DNA from: Candidatus Gastranaerophilales bacterium
GTDB taxonomy: Bacteria; Cyanobacteriota; Vampirovibrionia; Gastranaerophilales; JANQFW01
Direction: 5' to 3'
DNA: 64,000 nt
Assembly (NCBI GenBank): GCA_028280605.1
Contig: JANQLL010000164.1
Location: 99 to 64,098, forward strand
The notes beneath the pieces were generated by a model that saw only the letters and a program-made list of their open reading frames with translations, did not search any database and was not told where the DNA came from. The translations under genes were made by a program, and so were the position numbers. Shown piece by piece: positions 19,660 through 27,023 of the stretch (the first letter of the stretch is position 1; each line of letters opens with the position of its first letter).

Positions 19660-19740
19660 CTCTAAAATACTTTTCAGATTATTAAATCGAGTTAAAGTTA
19701 ATAAAATAAACTATTCTCTGAAAAGAGTAATCTGAAATTC
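19660..19740 (+). repeat. Copy A of a ~60-80 bp hairpin-forming intergenic repeat, 33 nt upstream of the hydrogenase operon
   Basis: CTCTAAAATACTTTTCAGATTATT...CTATTCTCTGAAAAGAGTAATCTGAAATTC. CTTTTCAGA is complementary to TCTGAAAAG. 69/79 identical (hand count, ungapped) to copy B on the opposite strand. Confidence 0.8.
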
Positions 19741-19773
19741 AATTGATGAGCAGTATAAACAAAAGGAAAAACT

Positions 19774-20238
19774 ATGCAAAAAGCTGAAGCCAATATAAAT
19801 AAGATAATTGAAAAATATCACCACTCACATACAGATCTTTTGCCTATCTTGGAAGAAATTGTCGAATTAAACGGCTATCTTACTGAGGAAATGATGAGAG
19901 ATACTGCTAAAAAATTATCAATGAGCCCTAATGAAGTTTATGCAGTGGCTACGTTTTATTCATTTATTAATATCAAACCTACAGGCAGGTATGTTATTAG
20001 AGTTTGCAAAACTATAAGCTGTCAACTTTCTGACAAAAATGAAATAATTAAAGCTATTAAGGATGAATTAAACATAAAAGTAGGTTTAACCACAAAAGAT
20101 AAGTTATTTACCCTAAACACAACTGATTGCATTGGCATGTGTGATAAAGGACCTTCTATGCTTATTAATGATGAGGTTTATCATAGTTTAAATCCTGAAA
20201 AAGTCGTTTCTATAATTAGGGAATATAAAAACTTATGA
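19774..20238 (+). CDS. NuoE/HydC-like [2Fe-2S] thioredoxin-fold subunit of an NAD(P)H-linked hydrogenase
   Basis: 154 aa. Cys pattern VCKTISC...TDCIGMCDKGP typical of the NuoE 24-kDa family. First gene of the hyd operon. Confidence 0.8.
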   Translation: MQKAEANINKIIEKYHHSHTDLLPILEEIVELNGYLTEEMMRDTAKKLSMSPNEVYAVATFYSFINIKPTGRYVIRVCKTISCQLSDKNEIIKAIKDELNIKVGLTTKDKLFTLNTTDCIGMCDKGPSMLINDEVYHSLNPEKVVSIIREYKNL

Positions 20239-20252
20239 TGGGATAAACTAAA

Positions 20253-21413
20253 ATGCAAAGAAAATTTATACTGTCAAATGATTATATATTTGGGGAAGCT
20301 TTAAACAAGGTTTTATCGGAGCAACCACAGGATTTGATAAACTTAATAAAAAAATCAGGTCTTAGAGGTAGAGGTGGCGCCGGATTTCCAACGGGACTAA
20401 AGCTGGAGTTGGTTTCTAAAAATGATGTAGGAGCCAAATATGTTGTTTGCAATGCTGACGAGGGTGAGCCGGGGTCTTTTAAAGACAGAGAACTCTTATT
20501 TAATCATACAGAGAAATTTATAGAAGGAATGATCGCATCAGGCTACGCAGTAGGCTCGTCTAAGGGTTTTATATACTTAAGAGCAGAATATAAATGGATG
20601 TTAAAAAAACTGTTAAAAAAAATTGAGCAACTAAGGGAAAAAAACTATTTAGGTAAAAATATTCTGAATAAAAATTTTGATTTTGATATAGAAATCAGGT
20701 GTAATGCAGGGGCATATATCTGCGGAGAAGAAAGCTCTTTAATTGAATCTATGGAAGGAAAAAGAGGTGAGCCTAGAAATAGGCCTCCTTTTCCTGTTGA
20801 GCATGGCTATATTAATTCTCCTACACTCGTTGATAATGTAGAAACGTTTGCGAATCTTCCATATATTGTTAAATACGGTGATGAGGAATTTAAAAAATAC
20901 GGTACGGAAAAATCACCGGGGACTAAATTGTTTAGTATTTCCGGTGATTGTCCAAAGCCGGGCATTTATGAATTTGAACTAGGCTGTACCTTGTCTGATT
21001 TATTGGAGACATGTGATGCTACGGATGTTAAAGCAGTTCAAGTGGGGGGTGCTGCAGGTATTACTGTTGCGCCAAAAGATTTTAATACCTCTATTTGTTA
21101 CTCAGAATTACCGCCGGAGGGATCGATTATTATATTTAACAAGTCTCGCAATATGTTTGAGGTCCTTAAAAATTTTACTGATTTCTTTAAAGAAGAAAGC
21201 TGCGGGCTTTGCACTCCTTGTAGAGAAGGGGTTCCAAAAATTGCTGATGCCGTAGATAAGATTCTTAACAAAGAAAGTATCCCTGATAGTCAAATAGATC
21301 TATTAATGGAGTTGGCAGATGTTATGAAAGTTGCTTCAAAGTGCGGTTTAGGTCAGACTGCATCTAATCCTTTTGTTTATATCTATAAAAACCGGGGGAT
21401 TTTAGATGAATGA
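20253..21413 (+). CDS. NuoF/HydB-like flavoprotein subunit (core only, 386 aa)
   Basis: GLRGRGGAGFPTGLK (FMN/NADH site), CNADEGEPG, and CGLCTPCREG...SKCGLGQ [4Fe-4S] motif. Ends soon after the N3-type cluster with no ferredoxin-like extensions. Confidence 0.85.
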   Translation: MQRKFILSNDYIFGEALNKVLSEQPQDLINLIKKSGLRGRGGAGFPTGLKLELVSKNDVGAKYVVCNADEGEPGSFKDRELLFNHTEKFIEGMIASGYAVGSSKGFIYLRAEYKWMLKKLLKKIEQLREKNYLGKNILNKNFDFDIEIRCNAGAYICGEESSLIESMEGKRGEPRNRPPFPVEHGYINSPTLVDNVETFANLPYIVKYGDEEFKKYGTEKSPGTKLFSISGDCPKPGIYEFELGCTLSDLLETCDATDVKAVQVGGAAGITVAPKDFNTSICYSELPPEGSIIIFNKSRNMFEVLKNFTDFFKEESCGLCTPCREGVPKIADAVDKILNKESIPDSQIDLLMELADVMKVASKCGLGQTASNPFVYIYKNRGILDE

Positions 21414-23196
21414 CAAACACAAAGCTATATTAAAAGTAAGCATTAATGGCAAAGAATATGAGGCAAAAAAAAATGAAACTATATTAGAATTGGCTAAAAG
21501 GAATGATATATATATTCCAACCTTATGCTATCATCCTGATCTTTGCTTATCTGGAGTTTGCAGGCTCTGTGTGGTAGAGGTTGGAGGTTGTAGATCATTG
21601 CAAGCTTCCTGTAGTACGCCTGTTCTCAACGGCATGAATATTCAAACAGAATCTGAAATAGTTAATAAGTCAAGAAAAATGGTACTTGAGCTTATATTGG
21701 CAAATCATTATACAGGAAATAGCAAATGTGAAAAGGGTTTAAGCTGTGAGTTGCAAGAATTGTTTATCAAATATGGCGTAGGCAAAAGTAGGTTTGGCAG
21801 GCCAAAAGAAAAAAGATACAAAACATTGGATAATACAGTAGTAATTAGAGATAATGACAAATGTATAAAATGTCGCAGGTGTGTAGATGCTTGTGAATAT
21901 ATGCAATGTGTAGAGGCTATTAAGCCTATGTATAGAAGTAATGAACTTTCTATAGGTTCTGTGTTTGATGTTGACCTTGATAAGACCGGTTGTGTTTTAT
22001 GCGGTCAATGTATAAATTATTGTCCTACTACCGCATTAGTTGAAAAAGAATATATTAAAGAAGTTTATGAGGCGTTAAATGACTCAACTAAACATGTGGT
22101 TGTGCAAACAGCACCGTCTATGCGTGCTACACTAGCTGAAGAATTTAACATTCCTGCGGGTAGAAGTTCTACTAAAAAAATGACCACAGCTCTTAGGAAA
22201 ATGGGGTTTGATGCTGTTTTTGACACTAATTTTTCTGCGGATTTAACGATAATTGAAGAATCTGCCGAGCTTTTAGACAGAATGAAAAAGAAGTTTTTAA
22301 ACAAGGAAGAAACTTCTTTGCCTTTGTTTACATCCTGTTCACCGGGCTGGATTAATTATATTGAGTATTTTTATCCTGAATTGCTTTCTAATGTTTCTAC
22401 CTGTAAATCACCTCAGCAAATGTTCGGGGCTATAGCTAAAACGTATTATGCCAGTAAAATTAATATTCATCCTGAGGATATAGTTTGTGTTGCTGTTATG
22501 CCTTGTACTGCAAAGAAATTTGAGGCTGACAGGCCTGAAATGAGAGATAGTGGATATAAAGATGTTGATTATGTCTTGACTGTCAGAGAATTTGCCAAGA
22601 TGATACGGCAATCTGATATAAACTTATTTGAGTTGCCTGATAGTGATTATGATGCGCCTATGGGGATTTCAACCGGAGCGGGCTTAATATTCGGGGTTAC
22701 GGGCGGAGTTATGGAAGCTGCGATGCGAACAGCTTATGAAGTTATTACCCAAAGAGAAGTGCCTTATAAAAATTTAAATATATGTCCTGTGCGAGGTATG
22801 GAAGGAGTAAGAGAGGCTTTTTTACAGATAGAAGACCCTATAGATGAATGGAAGTTTCTTGATGGCTTTGAATTAAAAGTTGCTGTGGCTCATGAATTAA
22901 GAAATGCCAAGAAGTTACTTGATAGTATTAAAGCAAATGAGTCTGATTATCATTTTGTGGAGGTTATGGCATGTCCCGGCGGATGCCTTGGCGGTGGTGG
23001 GCAGCCTAAGCCTACTAATATGGAAATCCGTAAGAAGCGCGCACGGGTTATTTATGATGAGGACAGGGCTTTACCTTATAGAAAATCTCATGAAAATCCG
23101 GCTATTATAGAACTTTATAGGGATTTTATCGGTGAGCCGTTAGGGGAGAAGGCGCATAAGCTTTTGCATACTTATTATACAGCCAGGGTGGATTAG
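21406..23196 (+). CDS. hydA: [FeFe]-hydrogenase catalytic subunit (NuoG-like N-terminus plus H-cluster domain)
   Basis: 596 aa. N-terminal plant-type 2Fe-2S Cys pattern and two CxxCxxCxxxCP ferredoxin motifs. H-domain motifs FTSCSPGW (L1 variant), MPCTAKKFE (L2), EVMACPGGCLGGGGQP (L3). Confidence 0.88.
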   Translation: MNDKHKAILKVSINGKEYEAKKNETILELAKRNDIYIPTLCYHPDLCLSGVCRLCVVEVGGCRSLQASCSTPVLNGMNIQTESEIVNKSRKMVLELILANHYTGNSKCEKGLSCELQELFIKYGVGKSRFGRPKEKRYKTLDNTVVIRDNDKCIKCRRCVDACEYMQCVEAIKPMYRSNELSIGSVFDVDLDKTGCVLCGQCINYCPTTALVEKEYIKEVYEALNDSTKHVVVQTAPSMRATLAEEFNIPAGRSSTKKMTTALRKMGFDAVFDTNFSADLTIIEESAELLDRMKKKFLNKEETSLPLFTSCSPGWINYIEYFYPELLSNVSTCKSPQQMFGAIAKTYYASKINIHPEDIVCVAVMPCTAKKFEADRPEMRDSGYKDVDYVLTVREFAKMIRQSDINLFELPDSDYDAPMGISTGAGLIFGVTGGVMEAAMRTAYEVITQREVPYKNLNICPVRGMEGVREAFLQIEDPIDEWKFLDGFELKVAVAHELRNAKKLLDSIKANESDYHFVEVMACPGGCLGGGGQPKPTNMEIRKKRARVIYDEDRALPYRKSHENPAIIELYRDFIGEPLGEKAHKLLHTYYTARVD

Positions 23197-23232
23197 TTAA
23201 TTAAAAAAAATAGCAACGATAAACTCCCCTTT

Positions 23233-23248
23233 GGTGGCAGTCGCCACC
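23233..23248. terminator. GC hairpin GGTGGC-agtc-GCCACC between convergent hydA and the 543-aa gene (possible terminator)
   Basis: Perfect 6-bp GC-rich stem with a 4-nt loop, 37 nt after the hydA stop. The downstream T-tract is poor (TCTTAT), so assignment as an intrinsic terminator is tentative. Confidence 0.35.
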
Positions 23249-23449
23249 TCTTATAACTCACCTTGAGCCAATGACCGGCTTAAGCTGTACACTTTAATTA
23301 TAGCTTTCTTTCAGGGTTACTGATGGACTTTGATTAACGCTTTTTTTGCGAAAAATTGACATGTAAAAAAGACAATGACAACCCCCCTTTTGTTATACAA
23401 AAAGCTTGCCATTGTAAGTAAAAATCTTTAATTTTTTCATCAAATTCCG

Positions 23450-25081
23450 CTAATAATGAGGCTTTTTCTTGTTTAATTCTTCTTTTTTGCTGTTATTTAT
23501 ATCTATTATATTATTATTTATCTGATTATTTTCATCATTATAAGTTTCTTCTATTTTATTTTCTTTTTTATTATCTTTTAAAATATCAATATTGCCTGCT
23601 GAAGCAGCATCGGCCACCTTCGCAACTTCGGATACTTCTTTAAAAATGCTTAAATTCTCCAGCTTAGAACTGACTTTTACTAATTTGAATTCTCCCCGTT
23701 TAATTTTTTTGTGCTTGCAAGAAGCAATATTTTCCAGTTTCCACTGTTTAGCTTCCTTCCTTGCCTCTTCGCAGCATTGTGCGACAAACTTGTTACGCTC
23801 TACGGCATGTAATTTAGCAGTTTTACGGCGTTTAGCTTTAATAACCCTTTGCTCATAATCGCGATTTTTGCAATCCCTGTAATACTCAAAGTGTTCATTA
23901 TACCTTTGTTCCTCCTGCTCAGGAGTTACCTGTTCATCTTCCCAGGTTTCATAACTGAAATATTTAATTTCATCTTCTTGATAGGGATCATAATATTTGT
24001 CCCTAGCTAAAGCAAGATAATCATCTTTATAACAAATATTATGCTTGACTTTATCGAGTCTAAACTGGGACCGGCGCACGCAGCGAATTTTATATAGCAG
24101 TTCTTTGTGTGCGTCTATTATTCTAATCAGAGGGTGATCAGAGAAACCCTCTTTGTAACCAGGGTAGGATACATCACCGGGTTCTGAATTTGAGCAATCT
24201 TTAGGAATTGGCAAGTGTAGGATTTCTTTTACATTGCTGTAGCTTATCTGATCCGGGACTATATCCATAAATAAATCTTGATTGCAATGAATTTGCTTGA
24301 GTTCGCTCAATATTTTTCTGCTGATATTTGTCAGTTTTTTAAATAAATGAATATCTTCCGGGTTTCCTTCAGATAATTCGTAGTCATTGATTGACCATGG
24401 CCTTAGTACTACAAATTCTGTTGGAAGTTCTATATTATGGCGGGCCATTTTCTCCATCATCAGTGGTAATAATCTTGAAAATTTATGGCAATCATCGAAT
24501 TTATCTCTTATTATATCGATTTCTTCGAGTATTTTTTTATTTAATTCATTTAGTGCTTTTACTGCAAGAATCTGATGTGTGGAGAATTTAGCCCTTATTT
24601 CATCCGGTATTTTTGTGCTTACCAATGAATATGTTTTTTGGGCAATGTTTATTAAGCCTTCTGCTGTTGTTTTAAAGCTTGGGCTATCGGACTTGGGCTT
24701 TCTGGCATGCCATTTCTTGGCTGCTCTTCTTTCTTCAACGCTTTCTATTATGTTCATTGCAAAGGATTGAAGACCCATATTAATAAATTCCATCTTTTGA
24801 ATAAGGAATTTACTCCAGTTGCCTGTGCGCATTATATGCATGTATTCTTTGCCTACTGTATCAAACTGCATTTCTGTAGTTTTTATTGCTTCAAGAAAAC
24901 GCTCTTTATAGCCCATTAGGTTACAGTTCTTGGCAAAGCGCCGCAGAAGGACAATTTTGTTACGCAGTCTGTAATACAGGATGGATGCATATTTATCGTT
25001 GTCCTTTTGGCATGTGTCTTCAGTTTTTGCAGCTTGTTTAGTCAAGAGAATATAACCTTTAATCTTAATTCCGTGTAACAT
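23450..25081 (-). CDS. Hypothetical 543-aa protein (orphan; no recognisable domain)
   Basis: Long uninterrupted ORF in an AT-rich genome. Locally higher GC by eye. Charged Lys/Glu/Asn-rich C-terminal tail. An extended -10 (TGaTATAAT, complement of 25104-25112) lies upstream, but there is no obvious SD. Confidence 0.6.
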   Translation of the reverse strand: MLHGIKIKGYILLTKQAAKTEDTCQKDNDKYASILYYRLRNKIVLLRRFAKNCNLMGYKERFLEAIKTTEMQFDTVGKEYMHIMRTGNWSKFLIQKMEFINMGLQSFAMNIIESVEERRAAKKWHARKPKSDSPSFKTTAEGLINIAQKTYSLVSTKIPDEIRAKFSTHQILAVKALNELNKKILEEIDIIRDKFDDCHKFSRLLPLMMEKMARHNIELPTEFVVLRPWSINDYELSEGNPEDIHLFKKLTNISRKILSELKQIHCNQDLFMDIVPDQISYSNVKEILHLPIPKDCSNSEPGDVSYPGYKEGFSDHPLIRIIDAHKELLYKIRCVRRSQFRLDKVKHNICYKDDYLALARDKYYDPYQEDEIKYFSYETWEDEQVTPEQEEQRYNEHFEYYRDCKNRDYEQRVIKAKRRKTAKLHAVERNKFVAQCCEEARKEAKQWKLENIASCKHKKIKRGEFKLVKVSSKLENLSIFKEVSEVAKVADAASAGNIDILKDNKKENKIEETYNDENNQINNNIIDINNSKKEELNKKKPHY

Positions 25082-25214
25082 GCTTTTTGTTTGTTTAATT
25101 AATATTATATCAATTTTTGAATTTTAATGCATGCCGGATTTTGTGTTTTCCGAAAAAAGGACTATTTTGTTAAATTATTGTTACATATTTTGTTCAAACC
25201 ATTTATATGTGGGG

Positions 25215-25244
25215 TTATAAGTTTTAACAGTATTGCTCACTTGT
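25215..25244. repeat. Left copy of the 30-bp direct repeat flanking the higBA cassette
   Basis: TTATAAGTTTTAACAGTATTGCTCACTTGT compared with 25999-26028 TTATAAGTATTGACAGTATTGCTCATTTGT. 27/30 identical by hand count. Similarity stops abruptly on both sides. Confidence 0.8.
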
Positions 25245-25275
25245 AAATTATTTAATTAAAAAATATTTATTAATC

Positions 25276-25304
25276 TTGACACCTGATACGTAGCGGGTTA
25301 TAAT
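25276..25304 (+). promoter_or_regulatory. Consensus sigma70-type promoter of higBA (TTGACA-17 nt-TATAAT)
   Basis: TTGACA at 25276-25281, a 17-nt spacer, and TATAAT at 25299-25304. The family-typical higB start ATG ([10 protein letters not shown]) is at 25315. Confidence 0.7.
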
Positions 25305-25314
25305 GAACTGTATT

Positions 25315-25590
25315 ATGATAAAATCATTTAAACATAAAGGGCTGAAAAAATTCTTTTATAAAGGTGATACAAGCGGTTTAAATCCAAAACATATTAAAAA
25401 ATTAAGGTTTATTCTCAGGCGATTAAACAATGCTTGTATTATTCAAGATATGGATGCGGCAGGTTATCGACTTCATCCGTACAAAAATATACCTGATCTT
25501 TGGTCTGTTGATGTAAGCGGAAATTACAGAATATTATTCGAGTTTAGAAATGGTGATGCCTATGTTGTCGACTATTTAGATCCGCATTAG
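25315..25590 (+). CDS. higB: HigB-type (RelE/ParE superfamily, 'killer protein') toxin
   Basis: [14 protein letters not shown]...LHPYKN...[27 protein letters not shown] matches the HigB/plasmid-maintenance killer family. The ORF-track start at 25303 overlaps the -10 box, so the second ATG is preferred. Confidence 0.85.
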   Translation: MIKSFKHKGLKKFFYKGDTSGLNPKHIKKLRFILRRLNNACIIQDMDAAGYRLHPYKNIPDLWSVDVSGNYRILFEFRNGDAYVVDYLDPH

Positions 25591-25606
25591 TAAAGGAGAA
25601 TTATCT

Positions 25607-25912
25607 ATGGTAGATTGTGAAAAATATGGAATAATGTTTGACCCTCCTCACGTAGGGGAAATAATCAAAGAAGAATATCTGGAGCCGTTAGGGCTTTCTG
25701 TAACAGAGGCAGCTTTAAACCTTGGCGTCTCAAGAAAAGCTTTCTCTGAGCTTTTAAATGGTAAAGCCGGAATGAGTATTAAGATGGCAATAAAATTAAG
25801 CAAAGGCTTTAACACCTCTGTGCAGTTTTGGCTAAACTTGCAGCAGGAGTATGACTTATATCATACACTCTTAAATTATACGGGTGATGATGTTAAAGCC
25901 ATGCGTGCATAA
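25607..25912 (+). CDS. higA: HigA-type antitoxin (XRE-family HTH)
   Basis: 101 aa. [45 protein letters not shown] is the HigA/VapI HTH pattern. AAGGAG RBS 8 nt upstream. Starts 16 nt after the higB stop. Confidence 0.85.
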   Translation: MVDCEKYGIMFDPPHVGEIIKEEYLEPLGLSVTEAALNLGVSRKAFSELLNGKAGMSIKMAIKLSKGFNTSVQFWLNLQQEYDLYHTLLNYTGDDVKAMRA

Positions 25913-25976
25913 ATTTAAATCTGTATTTCAGTAATAATAGCAAAGTAATAGGTATTTTTTTACTATTACCACATTT

Positions 25977-26864
25977 TTATGTTAAACGCCCTTTAGGCTT
26001 ATAAGTATTGACAGTATTGCTCATTTGTTTACAGCGACCGCTTATAGGTTTAGTCTTGCTAGCATGATTATTATAAACATCGTCTTTGGAAACACCAAGC
26101 TCTCGTAAATATAAAGCAGAAACTACACCAGTTCGGTCTTTTCCTGATTTACAGTGCACGTAAGCTCTTTTTTCATTATTTCTTACATCTTTCATTACAT
26201 TAAAGAATTTATCAATCTGCTCTTCTTCAGCTGTGCCTACAGGGCTAATAGGTATATGAACAAATTTAATCTTTAATTCATCAGCTATTTCTTTCTCTAT
26301 ATTGATATCTTCCTGAAATTCTGTGAGTGGGACCAGAAAATCTTTAAATTTTTCTCCTTCAATTCTACCGCCTGGGCATTGTAAACTTATTACTGTATCT
26401 ATTCCTAAGTTTTCCTTTAAGTACGTCATTCTATTGCGTGTTTCATTTTTCATATCACCTATAACTTCTTCAATTGAATTTTTCCCGTCAGGAATCTTAC
26501 CCTTATGGAATACCTGATAACTTCTGTTTCCGTCCTCATTATTTCTATCTGGAAGTTGCTTGGACGGGTCAAGGAAGAATGGACCTCTTACAAGATAGAC
26601 ATTTTTTTCATTTTTTGGAGCTACTGTATCTAAATTTATAAAATTTTTACCTAAATCTTCTCTTGCTTTTGTAAGAATTTCATCTGTGATTTGCTTTTCT
26701 ATACCTTTAAAAGCCAAAGGCTTGTAAAAAGGAGGATTAAAGCGTATATTATTTTGACTATTTGATTTTTGCCCTATAGATTCTTTATTTTTTGATGATA
26801 AAGCAGCATTGGTATTGTTAATCTTTTTTGGTGTAAGACCTTGAAAGGTAATTGAACTTAGCAT
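25977..26864 (-). CDS. Cys-based (CX5R) protein-tyrosine / phosphoinositide phosphatase-like protein
   Basis: 295 aa. P-loop VHCKSGKDRTG (HCxxGxxRT/G). Asn/Ser-rich N-terminal ~60 aa with no signal peptide. Confidence 0.7.
   Translation of the reverse strand: MLSSITFQGLTPKKINNTNAALSSKNKESIGQKSNSQNNIRFNPPFYKPLAFKGIEKQITDEILTKAREDLGKNFINLDTVAPKNEKNVYLVRGPFFLDPSKQLPDRNNEDGNRSYQVFHKGKIPDGKNSIEEVIGDMKNETRNRMTYLKENLGIDTVISLQCPGGRIEGEKFKDFLVPLTEFQEDINIEKEIADELKIKFVHIPISPVGTAEEEQIDKFFNVMKDVRNNEKRAYVHCKSGKDRTGVVSALYLRELGVSKDDVYNNHASKTKPISGRCKQMSNTVNTYKPKGRLT
25999..26028. repeat. Right copy of the 30-bp direct repeat, inside the last codons of the phosphatase gene
   Basis: See 25215-25244. On the minus strand this copy encodes ..QMSNTVNTYKP.., while the left copy would encode ..QVSNTVKTYNP.. 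Confidence 0.8.
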
Positions 26865-26944
26865 TGAATTTTGACTCCCTATTTTTTTGTTTTATATATT
26901 ACTCTCTACTTTTATTTATACTTATTATACAGGTTCTCAATTAA

Positions 26945-27023
26945 ATTTTAGATTACTCTTTTCAGAGTATAGGCTATTTCATTAGATTTAACACGATTGA
27001 ATAATCTGAAAAGTATTTTTGAG
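26945..27023 (-). repeat. Copy B of the hairpin-forming intergenic repeat (minus orientation), 80 nt upstream of the phosphatase start
   Basis: The reverse complement reads CTCAAAAATACTTTTCAGATTATTCAATCG...CTATACTCTGAAAAGAGTAATCTAAAAT. 69/79 identical to copy A. Confidence 0.8.

Noticed and set aside
23197-23449. GC-richer spacer after hydA as a possible tRNA, tmRNA or att-site fragment.
   Set aside because: No cloverleaf arms, no GGTTCGAATCC-type T-loop and no CCA-terminal acceptor could be found on either strand. Only a simple 6-bp hairpin is present.
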